The translations under genes were made by a program, and so were the position numbers. Shown one piece after another: positions 1 through 11,480 of a DNA stretch of 64,000 nucleotides (the first letter of the stretch is position 1; each line of letters begins with the position of its first letter). The DNA is from Octopus bimaculoides. Its lineage: Eukaryota. The notes beneath the pieces are model-generated. The model did not search any database. It was not told where the DNA came from and saw only the letters and a list, made by a program, of their open reading frames with translations. The DNA lies in contig NC_068992.1 of assembly GCF_001194135.2 (NCBI RefSeq), forward strand, positions 18,262,711 through 18,326,710, given 5' to 3'.

Positions 1-120
1 CAAAATTCTTCCTTTTATGGGTTAAGCCATGAGATGTGATATCAAAAACTAAACTTAAAATTTTAAAAATGTGTTATTGATTTAATATTCAATGACGTTC
101 TCCTGTGGTAATAACGAATT

Positions 121-321
121 CTTCTTTTCTACTTTAGACACATGGCCCGAATTATTGAGGGAGGGGGCCAGCCGATTAGATCGAACCCAGTACACAAGTG
201 GTACTGAATTTATCGTTACCGAAAGGATGAACGGCAAAGTCAACCTGCGCGGAATTTGAACTCAGAACGTAAACACAGACGAAATACCGCTAAGCATTTC
301 ACCCGGTGTGCTAACGTTTCT
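121..321 (-). mobile_element. tRNA-headed SINE, family A (Nin-like core), missing the first ~15 nt of the head
   Basis: On the minus strand: partial A-box region, B-box GAGTTCAAATTCC (plus strand ggaatttgaactc), core TTTGCCGTTCATCCTTTCGGTAACGATAAATTCAGTACC. The same module recurs ~10 times in the window. Confidence 0.8.
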
Positions 322-560
322 TATTTCTTTATTTCCCGCAAGGGGCTAAAGATAGAGAGGACAAACAAGTACAGACAAAGGGATTAAGTCGATTACATCG
401 ACGCCAGTGCGTTACTGGTACTTAATTTATTGACCCCGAAAAGATGAAAGGCAAAGGCAAGGTCGACCTCGGCGGAACTTCAATTCAGAACGCAACGGCA
501 GACGAAATACCGCTAAGCATTTCGCCCAGCGCAGCAACGCTTCTGCCAGCTCGCCGCCTT
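322..560 (-). mobile_element. Full-length tRNA-headed SINE, family A (Nin-like core; resembles recalled octopus OR1-type SINEs)
   Basis: The minus strand begins GGCGGCGAGCTGGCAGAAGCGTTGC (A-box), has a B-box-like TGAATTGAAGTTCC, then core CCTTTCATCTTTTCGGGGTCAATAAATTAAGTACCAG, and ends in an AATAAAGAAATA tail. The tail matches the copy at 8117-8287. Confidence 0.85.
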
Positions 561-674
561 AATAATAACGAATTATTATGACAATTCAGCGACTCTAACT
601 ACAGGTGCCCATCTCGTAACGTAAATTTGTACTCTTGCACTTTGAAAGGAGTTCTTTTACTTGAACTGACAAAA

Positions 675-806
675 GGTTTGTGAGTGGGTTTCGTAGCCAG
701 AAACTGAAAGAAGCCTGTCGTATATATATAGCTATCTATATATGTCTACGTGTGTGTCTTTGTGCCTGTACTTGTCCCCCGACCATCGTTTGACAACCGG
801 TGTTAC
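675..806 (+). mobile_element. SINE family B (CORE-like; resembles recalled octopus OR2 type), internal fragment
   Basis: gaaactgaaagaagcctgtcgtatatat...gtcccccgaccatcgtttgacaaccggtg matches the middle of the copy at 46296-46597. Confidence 0.7.
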
Positions 807-2174
807 TTAGACAACATTTCGCAATGCCTTCGTTATAATTATATTCACTGAATTATTTCTACCAGTGTTAGACACGGTGAAAATAGAAATTGAAAAGTAT
901 ATGAATAATTTTCTTTCGTTGATGTACTCCTGAGTATAGTGCCAGCTAAATGTTCTTGACTGTTGGAAATTAACCTGGGGCTCACTGAAAATTACACGGA
1001 TGATTGACGAACGTAAATATTAATGTTTTTTCACTGAAAATTTCATGGATGATTGTTGAATGTAAATATATTTTTCTGACTGTTGAACCCACAATCCAAC
1101 AAGCATTAATAAGAAAGGCAGGTTAGCCTGATATTTAATAATTGCATCGCTTTGACAAAAGATTATCCACACCACTTTGAATAATAAAAATTATGAGCGA
1201 ATAGGTGGCAACGAATCGAAGCAAGCAACATTATCATAAAATTATCCAATGCCACATTTTTCCTTTTAAAAAGCTTCAGAATGATTTGAGGGAAATTTGG
1301 TTAGTATTTATTGCCGTTCACACAATTATGTGGAAGATACTTCATTAGATACGGACGTGTTTTAAGTCATCGTAGAATTTGTCACTGTACACATATACAG
1401 AGACCTATTCAATACGTAATGATAAAATATGTAATTTCAAAAATAATTTTAAAGATTTTTGTCTTATAACAAAGAGAGATCAAAGAGAAATACTATACTT
1501 TACCGACAAGAACTTTTTCAGTGGCGTGTATTTTATAGACTAATGTAATTAATATATAATTAATATACACAGGCTCAAAAAACTAAAACACGGTTTTCAT
1601 ATAACATACACGAAAATTAACTCACACATCTACGGGTATGATTTTGTCCGTGTCTGTGTTTGTGTGTGCATACACATATATACATACATATATATATATA
1701 TNNNNNNNNNNNNNNNNNNNNNNNNNNNNNNNNNNNNNNNNNNNNNNNNNNNNNNNNNNNNNNNNNNNNNNNNNNNNNNNNNNNNNNNNNNNNNNNNNNN
1801 NNNNNNNNNNNNNNNNNNNNNNNNNNNNNNNNNNNNNNNNNNNNNNNNNNNNNNNNNNNNNNNNNNNNNNNNNNNNNNNNNNNNNNNNNNNNNNNNNNNN
1901 NNNNNNNNNNNNNNNNNNNNNNNNNNNNNNNNNNNNNNNNNNNNNNNNNNNNNNNNNNNNNNNNNNNNNNNNNNNNNNNNNNNAGATACATATGCATTCA
2001 CTATTACGTTCAAAACGCGACCGAGAGTGATGGGGGGAGATTGAAAGCTGATGAGAGATATATTAGGTCACGAATATGTAAGTAGTATCACGAAGTAATA
2101 ACAAATAGGGGAAATATCATTTCGCTTTTGTTATACTTTTCTTTAACATCATATTTTGCAATCACACAAATATA

Positions 2175-2300
2175 AAATGTAATATAATATAATATAATAT
2201 AATATCATATAATATAATATTAATATATTATAATAAATAATATAATTTATATATATATTTCAATATATATATATATATATGCATGTATGTATGTATGCAT
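2175..2300. repeat. (AATAT)n grading into (AT)n/(ATGT)n microsatellite
   Basis: Direct reading. Confidence 0.9.
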
Positions 2301-3252
2301 ATTTTATATATATTATGTAAGTCAATAAACTTCAAAGAAGACGTTTGATGTATATGGTATTAGTTTAATGCTTAAAAGGTTGAAGTAAGTATGAACTATC
2401 TTAAGGTTACGGATATTAGACTCTAGGCGGAAAAAAAGTAGCATAGGAACGAAAAAATTGAAGTTGAATGAAGTATTAAGTACATAAAAAGAAAAGAAAA
2501 AAAAGATGACTAAAATCATAGAAATAGATAATATCCAAAAATTGATAAATATAAACACTGAAGGAGTATAAGCATATACTGTTGTTTTCATTCATTCGAC
2601 TGCAACCAAGCTGCAACCAAGCTGCAACCGATTTCATGCAGGTAAACAAACACAACAGAAACATAAGAACGCACACAAACAAACACATACACCCACAGAC
2701 ACAGACACAAGCATACACACAGTTTAAAACACGCATACACACACATACAATAAATGCTTTCAAATCGTGAGTTCAGATCCTTCGGACTGCTTGGAGGCAC
2801 ATAAAACCTGCCTTGACACGCGTCTCAAATGCAACACTATTAGTATCAGTTCGTATCTTAATAATGTGTACACTAAATGTGCTAGAAGGAGTTCTTTTTT
2901 GTAGAAATTACTTTAACGGAACAGTAAACTCTATATGCATTCATACATATATAAGACTGTTTCTACGAAGTCACGTATTGTCCTTACCTTCGTAACGCAG
3001 CGTAGATGAAACTGGAACAACTGATGAAGGAAATGTTCTTTACGCTGCATGTTTCGGCTCTCTGTTTTTTTTTTTCGTCGTTCGAAAAAATGTTCGTTTT
3101 CTATGTTTTTGCTTTTATGCTTTCGTTTCTCATTGATGTCCTGTACCCAAATATGCATGTATATATACATATATATGTAGGTATATACATATATGTATGT
3201 ATGAATATATTTATATATTATTTATATTATATCATATTACATTATATTATAT

Positions 3253-3290
<38 letters not shown>

Positions 3291-3578
3291 NNNNNNNNNN
3301 NNNNNNNNNNNNNNNNNNNNNNNNNNNNNNNNNNNNNNNNNNNNNNNNNNNNNNNNNNNNNNNNNNNNNNNNNNNNNNNNNNNNNNNNNNNNNNNNNNNN
3401 NNNNNNNNNNNNNNNNNNNNNNNNNNNNNNNNNNNNNNNNNNNNNNNNNNNNNNNNNNNNNNNNNNNNNNNNNNNNNNNNNNNNNNNNNNNNNNNNNNNN
3501 NNNNNNNNNNNNNNNNNNNNNNNNNNNNNNNNNNNNNNNNNNNNNNNNNNNNNNNNNNNNNNNNNNNNNNNNNNNNNN

Positions 3579-3609
<31 letters not shown>

Positions 3610-3619
3610 TGCGCCGTGA

Positions 3620-3770
3620 TTTTTTCAGTTTTCGTATACCAAAATCACATACAGTTGTATGGTCATCCCATGACTACAGTAATAGACATTTGCCTGTCGT
3701 GCATTGAAGTGGGACTGAACCCAAGAATAAATGGCTATGAAGCAAATTTTTTCCAAATAGCCACCCTTGT
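3620..3770 (-). mobile_element. SINE family B, degenerate 5' part
   Basis: Plus strand cagttt...gacatttgcc...gtgggactgaacc is the reverse complement of the family B head GGTTCAGTCCCAC...GGCAAATGTC. Confidence 0.6.
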
Positions 3771-4595
3771 ACTTACGAAGACATACCTTAATAAATATTT
3801 GTGCCCTCCACCGTGTGTATTTTTAAATATAATAAACGTAATATATAAGTTAAATGTTTCTTAAGATATTTATATAGATGTGAAGGCATTTCATTATTTT
3901 CTTCTTGCACGTGAAATACTGTCCTCCTATTTGTTAACTGTTTTCGGTAACACGTCATATCAGAAGTACCTCTTATTATTTTTCTAACGAAGATATTTTA
4001 TATGAATTAACTATTTAAATTAATCACAACCCAAAACTGTGTTAAGGTGGCTAGATTGAATTTACATACGTTGCATCTATGATGATGTGATTAATAATTA
4101 ACATATAAGTTAATTTTAAACTTGTTAATTTTCGAAGTGCGAAGTTGATAATAAGTTGAATGTATATAAGTGTGTTTGATTCTCTCGCTATCTATCTCTA
4201 TCTCCATCTCTACATCTCTCTCTCCATCTCTATATCTCTCTCCCCCCTCTCTCTGCCTTTCCTGTCTATGTATCTATCTAGATGTACCTATGTAATTGAG
4301 TATCTATGCACGCACACACAAACACAGACACATATTTATGCATACATACATATACACATGCATATATATATATACATGCATATATGCATATGTTCCTAGA
4401 CATTTACACACACACACACATACACTGATACCCACACACACATAGATAAACACACTTACAAACACATATACATCTATATATTCACAATGTATCCATAAAG
4501 TCATGATGCAATTTAAAATACTTGTATCTTCGAAACTGTACATAATAGAAATAATCTGTAAAAAGGATGAGAAATCAGATTGACCTAAATTTTTT

Positions 4596-5597
4596 ATTCA
4601 TCATTACCAATGCAAAGAGAAATACGATTCTGTAGTTCTCGGTAAACTTATTCTAGCTGATTTTCAGTAACACCTTCAATCATATAAGTTAGTCTTCCTT
4701 TCAAGTCTTCTAAAGATCAAAGCTTTATTAAGTAACAATACCTTTCGCATGTCTCCATAAAATGAGATCCCATCGAGTCAAATCTGGTCAAAATAAAGAT
4801 CCACCCCTTCCAATCCATCCGTTAGGGAATTTCTCATTTTGAAACTGCCTAACTTGCAGAGCAAAGTGACAAAGTTCACCATCTTGTATTCTCTATCAGC
4901 TCTAATTGTTTATGTTTCGGAATTAAGCAATATTGTGGCATTTCTAAATAGTTGTCACCAGTAACAACACGTTCTTCAAAAAGGAATGACCCTATGTTTT
5001 GATTCCTTCCCAGGGCACACCAATAATTAACTTTGGGAGAATCTCTTTCACGTTCAATAGTGCCACGTGGTCTTTCAGTTCCTCAAATATGGCAATTTAG
5101 CCTGTAGACCTTGGACTAATTTGGAATGTTGCTTCGTCGCAGAACATTGAATTATTCAACAACGCATAATCAGTATTAATCGTTTCATTGATTTGATGAC
5201 AGAAAGTAAGTAATGCGTGAAAATCTTATTCTAACAACATTTGAAGACTCTGCATTATGTACGCTTTCATTTTAATATTTTTTCCGCAGAATCTTATGCA
5301 TAGTAGATTTTGAATGTTTCATCACCAAAGATGTTAGTCTTAGACTCTTTCTCGTACTTCTTTCAAAGGATTCTTCTATACATGCTACAGCTCTTTCATC
5401 AACACATGGTCTGTCAGACCGCGTGGTTTATCAATAACAGAGCTTGTTTCCTTACATTACTTCATCCATCTGACTATGCAATTCCTGCGCTGTGCTTCTT
5501 TATTGTTCTGGGTTCTAAACCTTCTTTGGACATCGACAATACATTTCTGCTCAGCCAACCAAAGAACGCAGATTACTTTGTCTTCTAATGAAGCCGT
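4596..5597 (-). pseudogene. Near full-length decayed mariner/Tc1-superfamily (D,D,D) transposase
   Basis: Minus-strand translation across stops and frameshifts: (M>T)ASLEDKVICVLWLAEQK...VQRRFRTQ (HTH), FCDEATF (first D), ERDSPKVNYWCAL, QDGELCHFALQVRQFQNEKFPNGWIGRGG (second D), *PDLTRWDLILWRHAK (third D), LEDLKGRL...NRISLCIGND. Confidence 0.9.
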
Positions 5598-5771
5598 GAA
5601 TCAAGAGCAATTCTAAAAAAATGAATTCATTTTTAAGTTTCAGAAATTGTGGAAAATATTTGGAAAAATAAATAAATAAAGCATCAGAAGAAGAAAAAAA
5701 TAGACACATGAAGCTTTCTTATCCGTTTTAGTGATAAAGTCTGTCATGCATAGTTCCGAATCTACAAGCAC

Positions 5772-6230
5772 AGGGTGTCACAATAAATTTGACATCATTT
5801 CATAGTCATATAACATAGACAAATCTTGCTCAGATAATTTAAAATTGTAACAAAATGTGTAAAAGCTAACCAAGTCTGGATCGGGTGAGCCAGTGATAAT
5901 GACAATGTGCTGTTGAAATGGTCACCACCTTCAACTTTCTTGACAGCTTGTGATTTTTTTCTATGTAGCTATGTGAAAGGACTGGCCTATATCCCACTGT
6001 TCCTACAAGCCTAGCGGAACTGAATCAAAATCCCCGAGGTGCTGGAGAATGTTACATAAGGCACGCTACAACGTGTTTGGCAGGAGCTGGGCTACTGACT
6101 CGATGTGTGTTGTGTCACTGGCGCTGTGCATGTTGAACACTTGTGAGGGTTTGTTAAATCGTTTATAAAATCTACAACCCTCTGAATTTCTTGTTAGAAT
6201 TTTGATAAATAAATCTTTTCTTACAGTTCT
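5772..6230 (+). mobile_element. Internally deleted mariner-like element (5' TIR plus transposase C-terminus)
   Basis: Starts CAGGGTGTCACAATAAATTTGACATC (TIR-like). It then encodes WIG*ASDNDNVLLKWSPPSTFLTACDFFLCSYVKG...TLQRVWQELGY*LDVCCVTGAVHVEHL*, matching the WPPRSPDLTPxDFFLWG...GGHIEHL mariner C-terminus. Confidence 0.85.
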
Positions 6231-6252
6231 ATATTTAAGACATGAAGAATCA

Positions 6253-6409
6253 TGTACATTATTTACATTAATTACATTTGACAGATATTTGTCCTCTCTT
6301 TGTTTGTTGTTAACACAACGTTTCGGCTGATATACCCTCCACCCTTCATCAGGTGTCTTGGAGAAATTTCGAACCTTGGTTCTTATTCCTAAGGTACTTT
6401 TAGATGTTA
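6253..6409 (-). mobile_element. Inverted copy of the hammerhead-bearing SINE tail
   Basis: The reverse complement aligns without gaps to 6497-6652 at about 85% identity (hand count ~22 mismatches in ~156 nt). Confidence 0.9.
6312..6357 (-). ncRNA. Minimal type I hammerhead ribozyme motif (one G-G mismatch in stem II)
   Basis: Minus strand reads GACAC-CTGATGA-A-GGGTG-GAGGGTATAT-CAGCC-GAAA-CGTT-GTGTT. Confidence 0.65.
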
Positions 6410-6652
6410 TGACATAGTCGTTTTGATCGCGGGTTACAAACCCCAAGATGCCGAGTTCGATTCCAAGCAGTGACCTGAATAATAATAACAATAATAATAA
6501 CATCGAAAAATACCTTAAGAATGGGAACCCAAGTTCGAAATTTCCCCAAGACACCTGATGAAGGCTGGAGGGTATATCAGCCGAAACGTTGTGTTAGCAA
6601 CAAACAAGATGAGAGCAAATGTCAGTCAAATGGAAATAATGTAAATAGTGCA
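6410..6652 (+). mobile_element. tRNA-headed SINE-like element with (AAT)n linker and hammerhead-containing PLE-type tail
   Basis: Degenerate A-box TGACATAGTCGTT (~6410), B-box GAGTTCGATTCC (6453-6464), (AAT)n 6478-6500, then a ~155-nt tail containing the ribozyme core. Confidence 0.75.
6550..6595 (+). ncRNA. Minimal type I hammerhead ribozyme motif (PLE-type; palindromic ACGT stem III, predicted to act as a dimer)
   Basis: Stem I GACAC(6550-54)/GTGTT(6591-95); core CTGATGA (6555-61) plus extra A; stem II GGCTG(6563-67)/CAGCC(6578-82); GAAA (6583-86); CG; cleavage triplet GTT ending 6590. Confidence 0.75.
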
Positions 6653-6849
6653 GATATGTTATTTGTTTTATTTTTACACATGAAGATTCAACAGTTGCAT
6701 TGAAGCAATGTTTGGACAGTGTGTAGAAGAATTTACTTGATTGCTTCGGCCTCAATAATTTTTCTGGTACTTTTTACCTCTATTTTTGGATGGCAGGAAA
6801 TGTAACGTAATTATTGTAAGGAGATATAACTTGTTTAGATATAAATTTT

Positions 6850-7740
6850 GCAAATATTTATATTTGAATGAACACACAATTGTTAACGACCTCAATAACA
6901 TATGTATATGTGCTAATGTTACTCGAAAATTCCTTGCTCTACTCGATAAACATTTCCTCAATTCAAGTTAGTACAAGCAATTACTTTATCGCCCTTCAGT
7001 AAACTTATCCTCTTCAACCACCAGACAGTTGGCTGAAATTATTGCAGCACGTACAAATCTAAAATTAAATGGTAACTCAACTCAAAATTAGAAGGAATGA
7101 TTTGAACTGACAACTTGAAATGCGAGATAAACTCTAACGATATTTTCATGAACTAGCTTTGGAATGTTTTTGGTGAAGGCTACTCAAACTGTGTAATTGA
7201 TAGTAATTTTAAGATATCACCTAATGATAATATTAATAATAATACTGCAAATTATCCTGGTTTAACAATTAATTCTGAAAGTAGAATTTATACTAATTCT
7301 TCTAGCCATAAGCACTTGAAACAAGTGAATAAACGCCTTCGTTATTTCAAAACAAAATTGTCTACCCTTTAGAAAATCATTGTTGGAGGAAGAATGCAGT
7401 ATATCAATGCAAAGTAATTACAGAGGATTGCACATATTCCAAAGGTGCTTTTGTTAAAATTTGGAAATCTAGATTACATAACCATTCTTTATAATCTAAG
7501 TGTTGAAGAAAATGTAATATGTAATAATACACATCTTAGTAAATGTAAACGACAGGAACATTCACTACGATATAAAGTGGTCTATTATTAGTTATGCTCT
7601 ACTGTAAAACACAGGTAATTTTAAATGTGATCTTTGCCGAGAGGAAATGTACTATATAATCCCTTCAAAATTAGATTTATTGAACTGCAGAACCGAAACG
7701 ATCCTACATTAAACTGCCCCATAAATATAGAAAAACATTT
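6850..7740 (+). pseudogene. Penelope-like element remnant (thumb/linker plus GIY-YIG endonuclease)
   Basis: ANVTRKFLALLDKHFLNSS*YKQLLYRPSVNLS (PLE NIGKxFLxLIDKHF...NTVKLSYS motif); ENHCWRKNAVYQCKV...KSRLHNH; YDIKWSII...KCDLCREEMYYII...LLNCRTE. Confidence 0.85.
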
Positions 7741-8116
7741 AAATATCTCAATAGTAAATAGCATCTTGATTATAATTGATTTCACTGCATTCTAATAAGC
7801 ATAATTTGTCTAAGCTTTTAGCCTATACTATATTAATATCTAGATAGCTAAATGCCGTGACTTAGAATTTCTATGTTTATCTTTATTTTTATCATTCTCT
7901 ACCGATGTCATCATAACGTCAAAAACTAAACTAATTTTTCATATAATATTTTATTTCTTCTTAACGCTCTTTTGGTATGCGTCCCAGTATCAGAGATATT
8001 ATCTAAGTTCATTTTGACTTCAACGCGTTTTGGGTTAACATGTTAACATTGCGTTAGCATAAGTTTTCGGATATATTGATTTATACAATTTTCTATATCT
8101 AAATATGCCTCCACAA

Positions 8117-8287
8117 TGGAAACGTTCTGAGTTCAAATTCTTCCGAAGTTGGCTTTATCTTTTTCATCCTTTCGGGGTCGATAAAATAAGTGCCAGTTAT
8201 GCACTGGGGTCGATGTAATGGGCTTAATCCCTTTGCCTGTCCTTGTTTGCTCCCTCTATGCTTAGATCCCTGTGGGCAATAAGGAAA
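8117..8287 (+). mobile_element. SINE family A, 5'-truncated at the B-box
   Basis: GTTCTGAGTTCAAATTC...TTTCATCCTTTCGGGGTCGATAAAATAAGTGCCAG...GGGCAATAAGGAAAT. Confidence 0.85.
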
Positions 8288-8344
8288 TCGATATTATCAT
8301 ACGCAACATCAAATAACTTACAATACAACATCCATTAGACCAAT

Positions 8345-9120
8345 ATGATGCTAAACGAGGAGATCACTAATAATACTAATGGTGATAAAGATAGAAATAA
8401 TCTTTCAGTGACGGGTTACAATAGTAAAGAAGAAAGTAATCAAGGCTGTCAAAATAGCTCTGATAAAAATAATAATATAGACGATAGCAAAAATAATCCA
8501 AGTGCTGAAAATCTTTATAAGGGTAGTACTGGAACATGAACAAGCATAGTACTGCGGTGGACATCAACAGCACTAATAACAGCCATAGAAATAATAAAGG
8601 AAAACTTAGAAATAGAAAAAGGGGTTATTACCGAATATAAAATAGTGTCGTAAAGAATTGTAAATCTAAGGACAGGAACGCATTCCCCCTGGGAAATTAA
8701 TGCCTTCGTAAGAATGTAATATACAAATGTACTATTAGATCGTTAACAGATGCATTTGCATATATGAGTGTGATTCCAGATTGCTTCAAACATCAATATC
8801 GGAACCACCTTACATCGCTTAAAAACAATAAGAAGGCACACTGCAAATCACTCTTTGACCTAGGTTCTACACTTGAGGACGGAAAAATACAGTATCACAA
8901 ATAATGAAACTCATCTTATTCCTAATGACGAGTTTCAGCTTCTACTAAATTAGAGTGACCTAAACAATTTTTCTCAGACCTTTGGATGTGCATCTTGTAT
9001 GATTGGATTATCCAGGGGCCAAATCTCCGAGTAAAGTTACCGCCAATGACACTTAACAAATCCATTTAAGTAGCAGAGTCACTCGTGATATATTCTGTTT
9101 ACCGTAAGAAGAAAGACGAT
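8345..9120 (+). pseudogene. Second PLE remnant (Asn-rich linker plus GIY-YIG domain)
   Basis: Asn-rich ORF 8345-8539, then in the frame starting 8641: KNCKSKDRNAFPLGN*CLRKNVIYKCTI...AYMSVIPDCFKHQYRNHLTSLK (CNCR..CPL.G.CL..NVIY....YIG...FK.R..NH pattern), later GCASCMI (CxxC). Confidence 0.75.
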
Positions 9121-9946
9121 AATAAATAAAACCAAAATATGAGACAGTGAACATCTATATAAATACCAATCACTCTAGAAATATTAGTAGAAACTTAGTA
9201 ACCGTTTGAAATAGAAATGTCTTTAATATATCACAAGCTCTTTTTCTTTTAAGATTGTCATAAGATATTGCGATTGGGTGAAAAGCAATTTTATACAAGA
9301 TAGGGTTTACCTCACTGCATTTCCAAATGCGTATTCTATCTGACAGTATCCGAAGACTGCTAAAGGCTCAATATTTTTACATGTTTTGGACTAAAAAAAC
9401 TAACGTTTTTAGTCCCCACTTCCATTTCGCAATGGATTTGGTGTTTTAGAAACGAAATAATTATGAATTCTATCAACTTAACTATAGCATATTCCAACTG
9501 GCTCTGTAACCGTAGAATTTGCATATCTAAATAAGCTGAAGAAAATAAAGCAATCACCGATAGTTCTCAGAAAATCCCAGTAGCCAAAACCGTGCATTTC
9601 ATTTAGCGAACGATGAGCCGGCTAAGCATCGCGAGACAAGCTTTACGAATTAAAATTTCCGATTAGGATCCGTGTTGCGTAACCTATTTTCTCGATTAAT
9701 ATATATCTTGGCTAGGAAGTCTCCTTACAAATGAGTGAGAGCTACATCATCCTCGACCTCGTGACCTATCTCAATATATAAGAATCGAGTTTACTTACGA
9801 CTAATAAAGAGCAACTTCATCGGGAATTTGGGAATCACTTTCCATTCATGAAAAATTTATGAAAGATCATGGAGTTAAATTAAGTGAAGTAGAGAATCAG
9901 TCGCTGTTTAATTATAAATATTTATGAATTCTGCAGAATATATCAG

Positions 9947-9950
<4 letters not shown>

Positions 9951-10010
<60 letters not shown>
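9951..10010. repeat. (CT)n microsatellite running into an N-gap
   Basis: Direct reading. Confidence 0.95.
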
Positions 10011-10133
10011 NNNNNNNNNNNNNNNNNNNNNNNNNNNNNNNNNNNNNNNNNNNNNNNNNNNNNNNNNNNNNNNNNNNNNNNNNNNNNNNNNNNNNNNNNN
10101 NNNNNNNNNNNNNNNNNNNNNNNNNNNNNNNNN

Positions 10134-10175
<42 letters not shown>

Positions 10176-11317
10176 TGCGTGTGTGTGTGTATGTATACTC
10201 CCAGGAACAGAGGGGAAGTGAGAGATAAACAGAGAGAGATAGAGAGAGAGGAGTGCTAGTGATAGATAAATGAGAAAGAGATCGGAGCGTAGGAGTTACT
10301 GCGTGTTGGTATCAATATGCGTACATGTATAAGAGCTTTGCAGATAATTCTCGGGAGATGATTCTGTGTACATAACACTACACGATGCGTAGTTAACATT
10401 ATAAGATATATTGTTAAATATTCCAGCTGGAATTACGAAATGATCTACATGCCAAACTATTCTGCTCTTTAAGGTTCTGTGCTTTCTGAATTTAATTACT
10501 ATTTCAGTTGAGAATAATTAGTCGAGAAATTCCTAAATTTTCATTAATGCGATATTGATTACTCACAAATAGATGTATAATGTTGCATATAACATTAAAG
10601 CATTTCACAACAGCGAAAGTATTTAGTTTACGCACTTTAATCTCAACGTTCTACATATGTTAATGTACACAATGTTTTCATTACATTTAAAATACTGTGA
10701 TGATATTTCTTAATATTTTTATTATATGAATCTTTAGAAGAATATATAGCTTTGCAGTCTTGATTTACGATCCAAATTTGTTCCCTTGTTTCAGCTATTT
10801 CACTTTAGCTATGGTACATAACACCTTACAAAATATTTCATCATTTATCGACTATTATAAGAAAAAAATGTAGATTTAATTCTTAGAGGAACGAAAAGTA
10901 GTTTCTTTTGTATTGTGTCAAAATAGTTTATCATTTAAATACATATGAGGATGTCTATATATGCAGCTATATGCATGAGAATACATACATAAAATATACA
11001 AAATTGCACATACCTGCACATATGCATAAATACAGACAGACAGACAAACAGACATACAAAATACCCTGTTGTTGATGCTGAAATTCCAATGTAGGAGCCT
11101 TGGATTTTGGTTAGAAACCGGTTCTTTCTCTATTGGCAAGAAATCTTGAAATAAACTGAATAGCGACATACGTACACATATCTGTGTGCGCGCATGTGTT
11201 TAGGAAGATGATGATGTGTATGTGTGTGTGAAGGTGTGTGGCATAGATACATACATGCATACAAACATACATACCATCATACATACATACATACATACAT
11301 ACTTGCATACACGCATA

Positions 11318-11480
11318 CGGCGGTCTCCTTCAGTTTCTTTCCACCCCAATCTACCCTTCAACCTTTAGTCGGTCGGAGACCATAATAGAAGACATCTGTC
11401 CAAGGTGCAAGGCAATCAAACTGAACCCGAAACCATATGCTTGGGAAAGCAGGCTTCTCATCTCAAAGCCATGACTGCAT
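11318..11480 (-). mobile_element. SINE family B, 5' half
   Basis: Plus strand cagtttc...tagaagacatctgtccaaggtgc...ctgaacccgaaaccatatgcttgggaaagc is the reverse complement of the head plus GCACCTTGGACAGATGTCTTCTA. Confidence 0.7.

Noticed and set aside
2052-2085. CTGATGA...GAATATGT as a hammerhead
   Set aside because: No pairing stem II or stem I, and GAAA is absent.
2990-3170. CTGATGAAGG-containing segment as a hammerhead or PLE tail
   Set aside because: No stem II-GAAA follows the core. It may be a repeat terminus but I cannot support a call.
6410-6475. tRNA genes at SINE heads (also 61566-61640, 42820-42880, 490-560)
   Set aside because: Only A/B boxes remain. No complete cloverleaf was found and each head continues into a SINE body.
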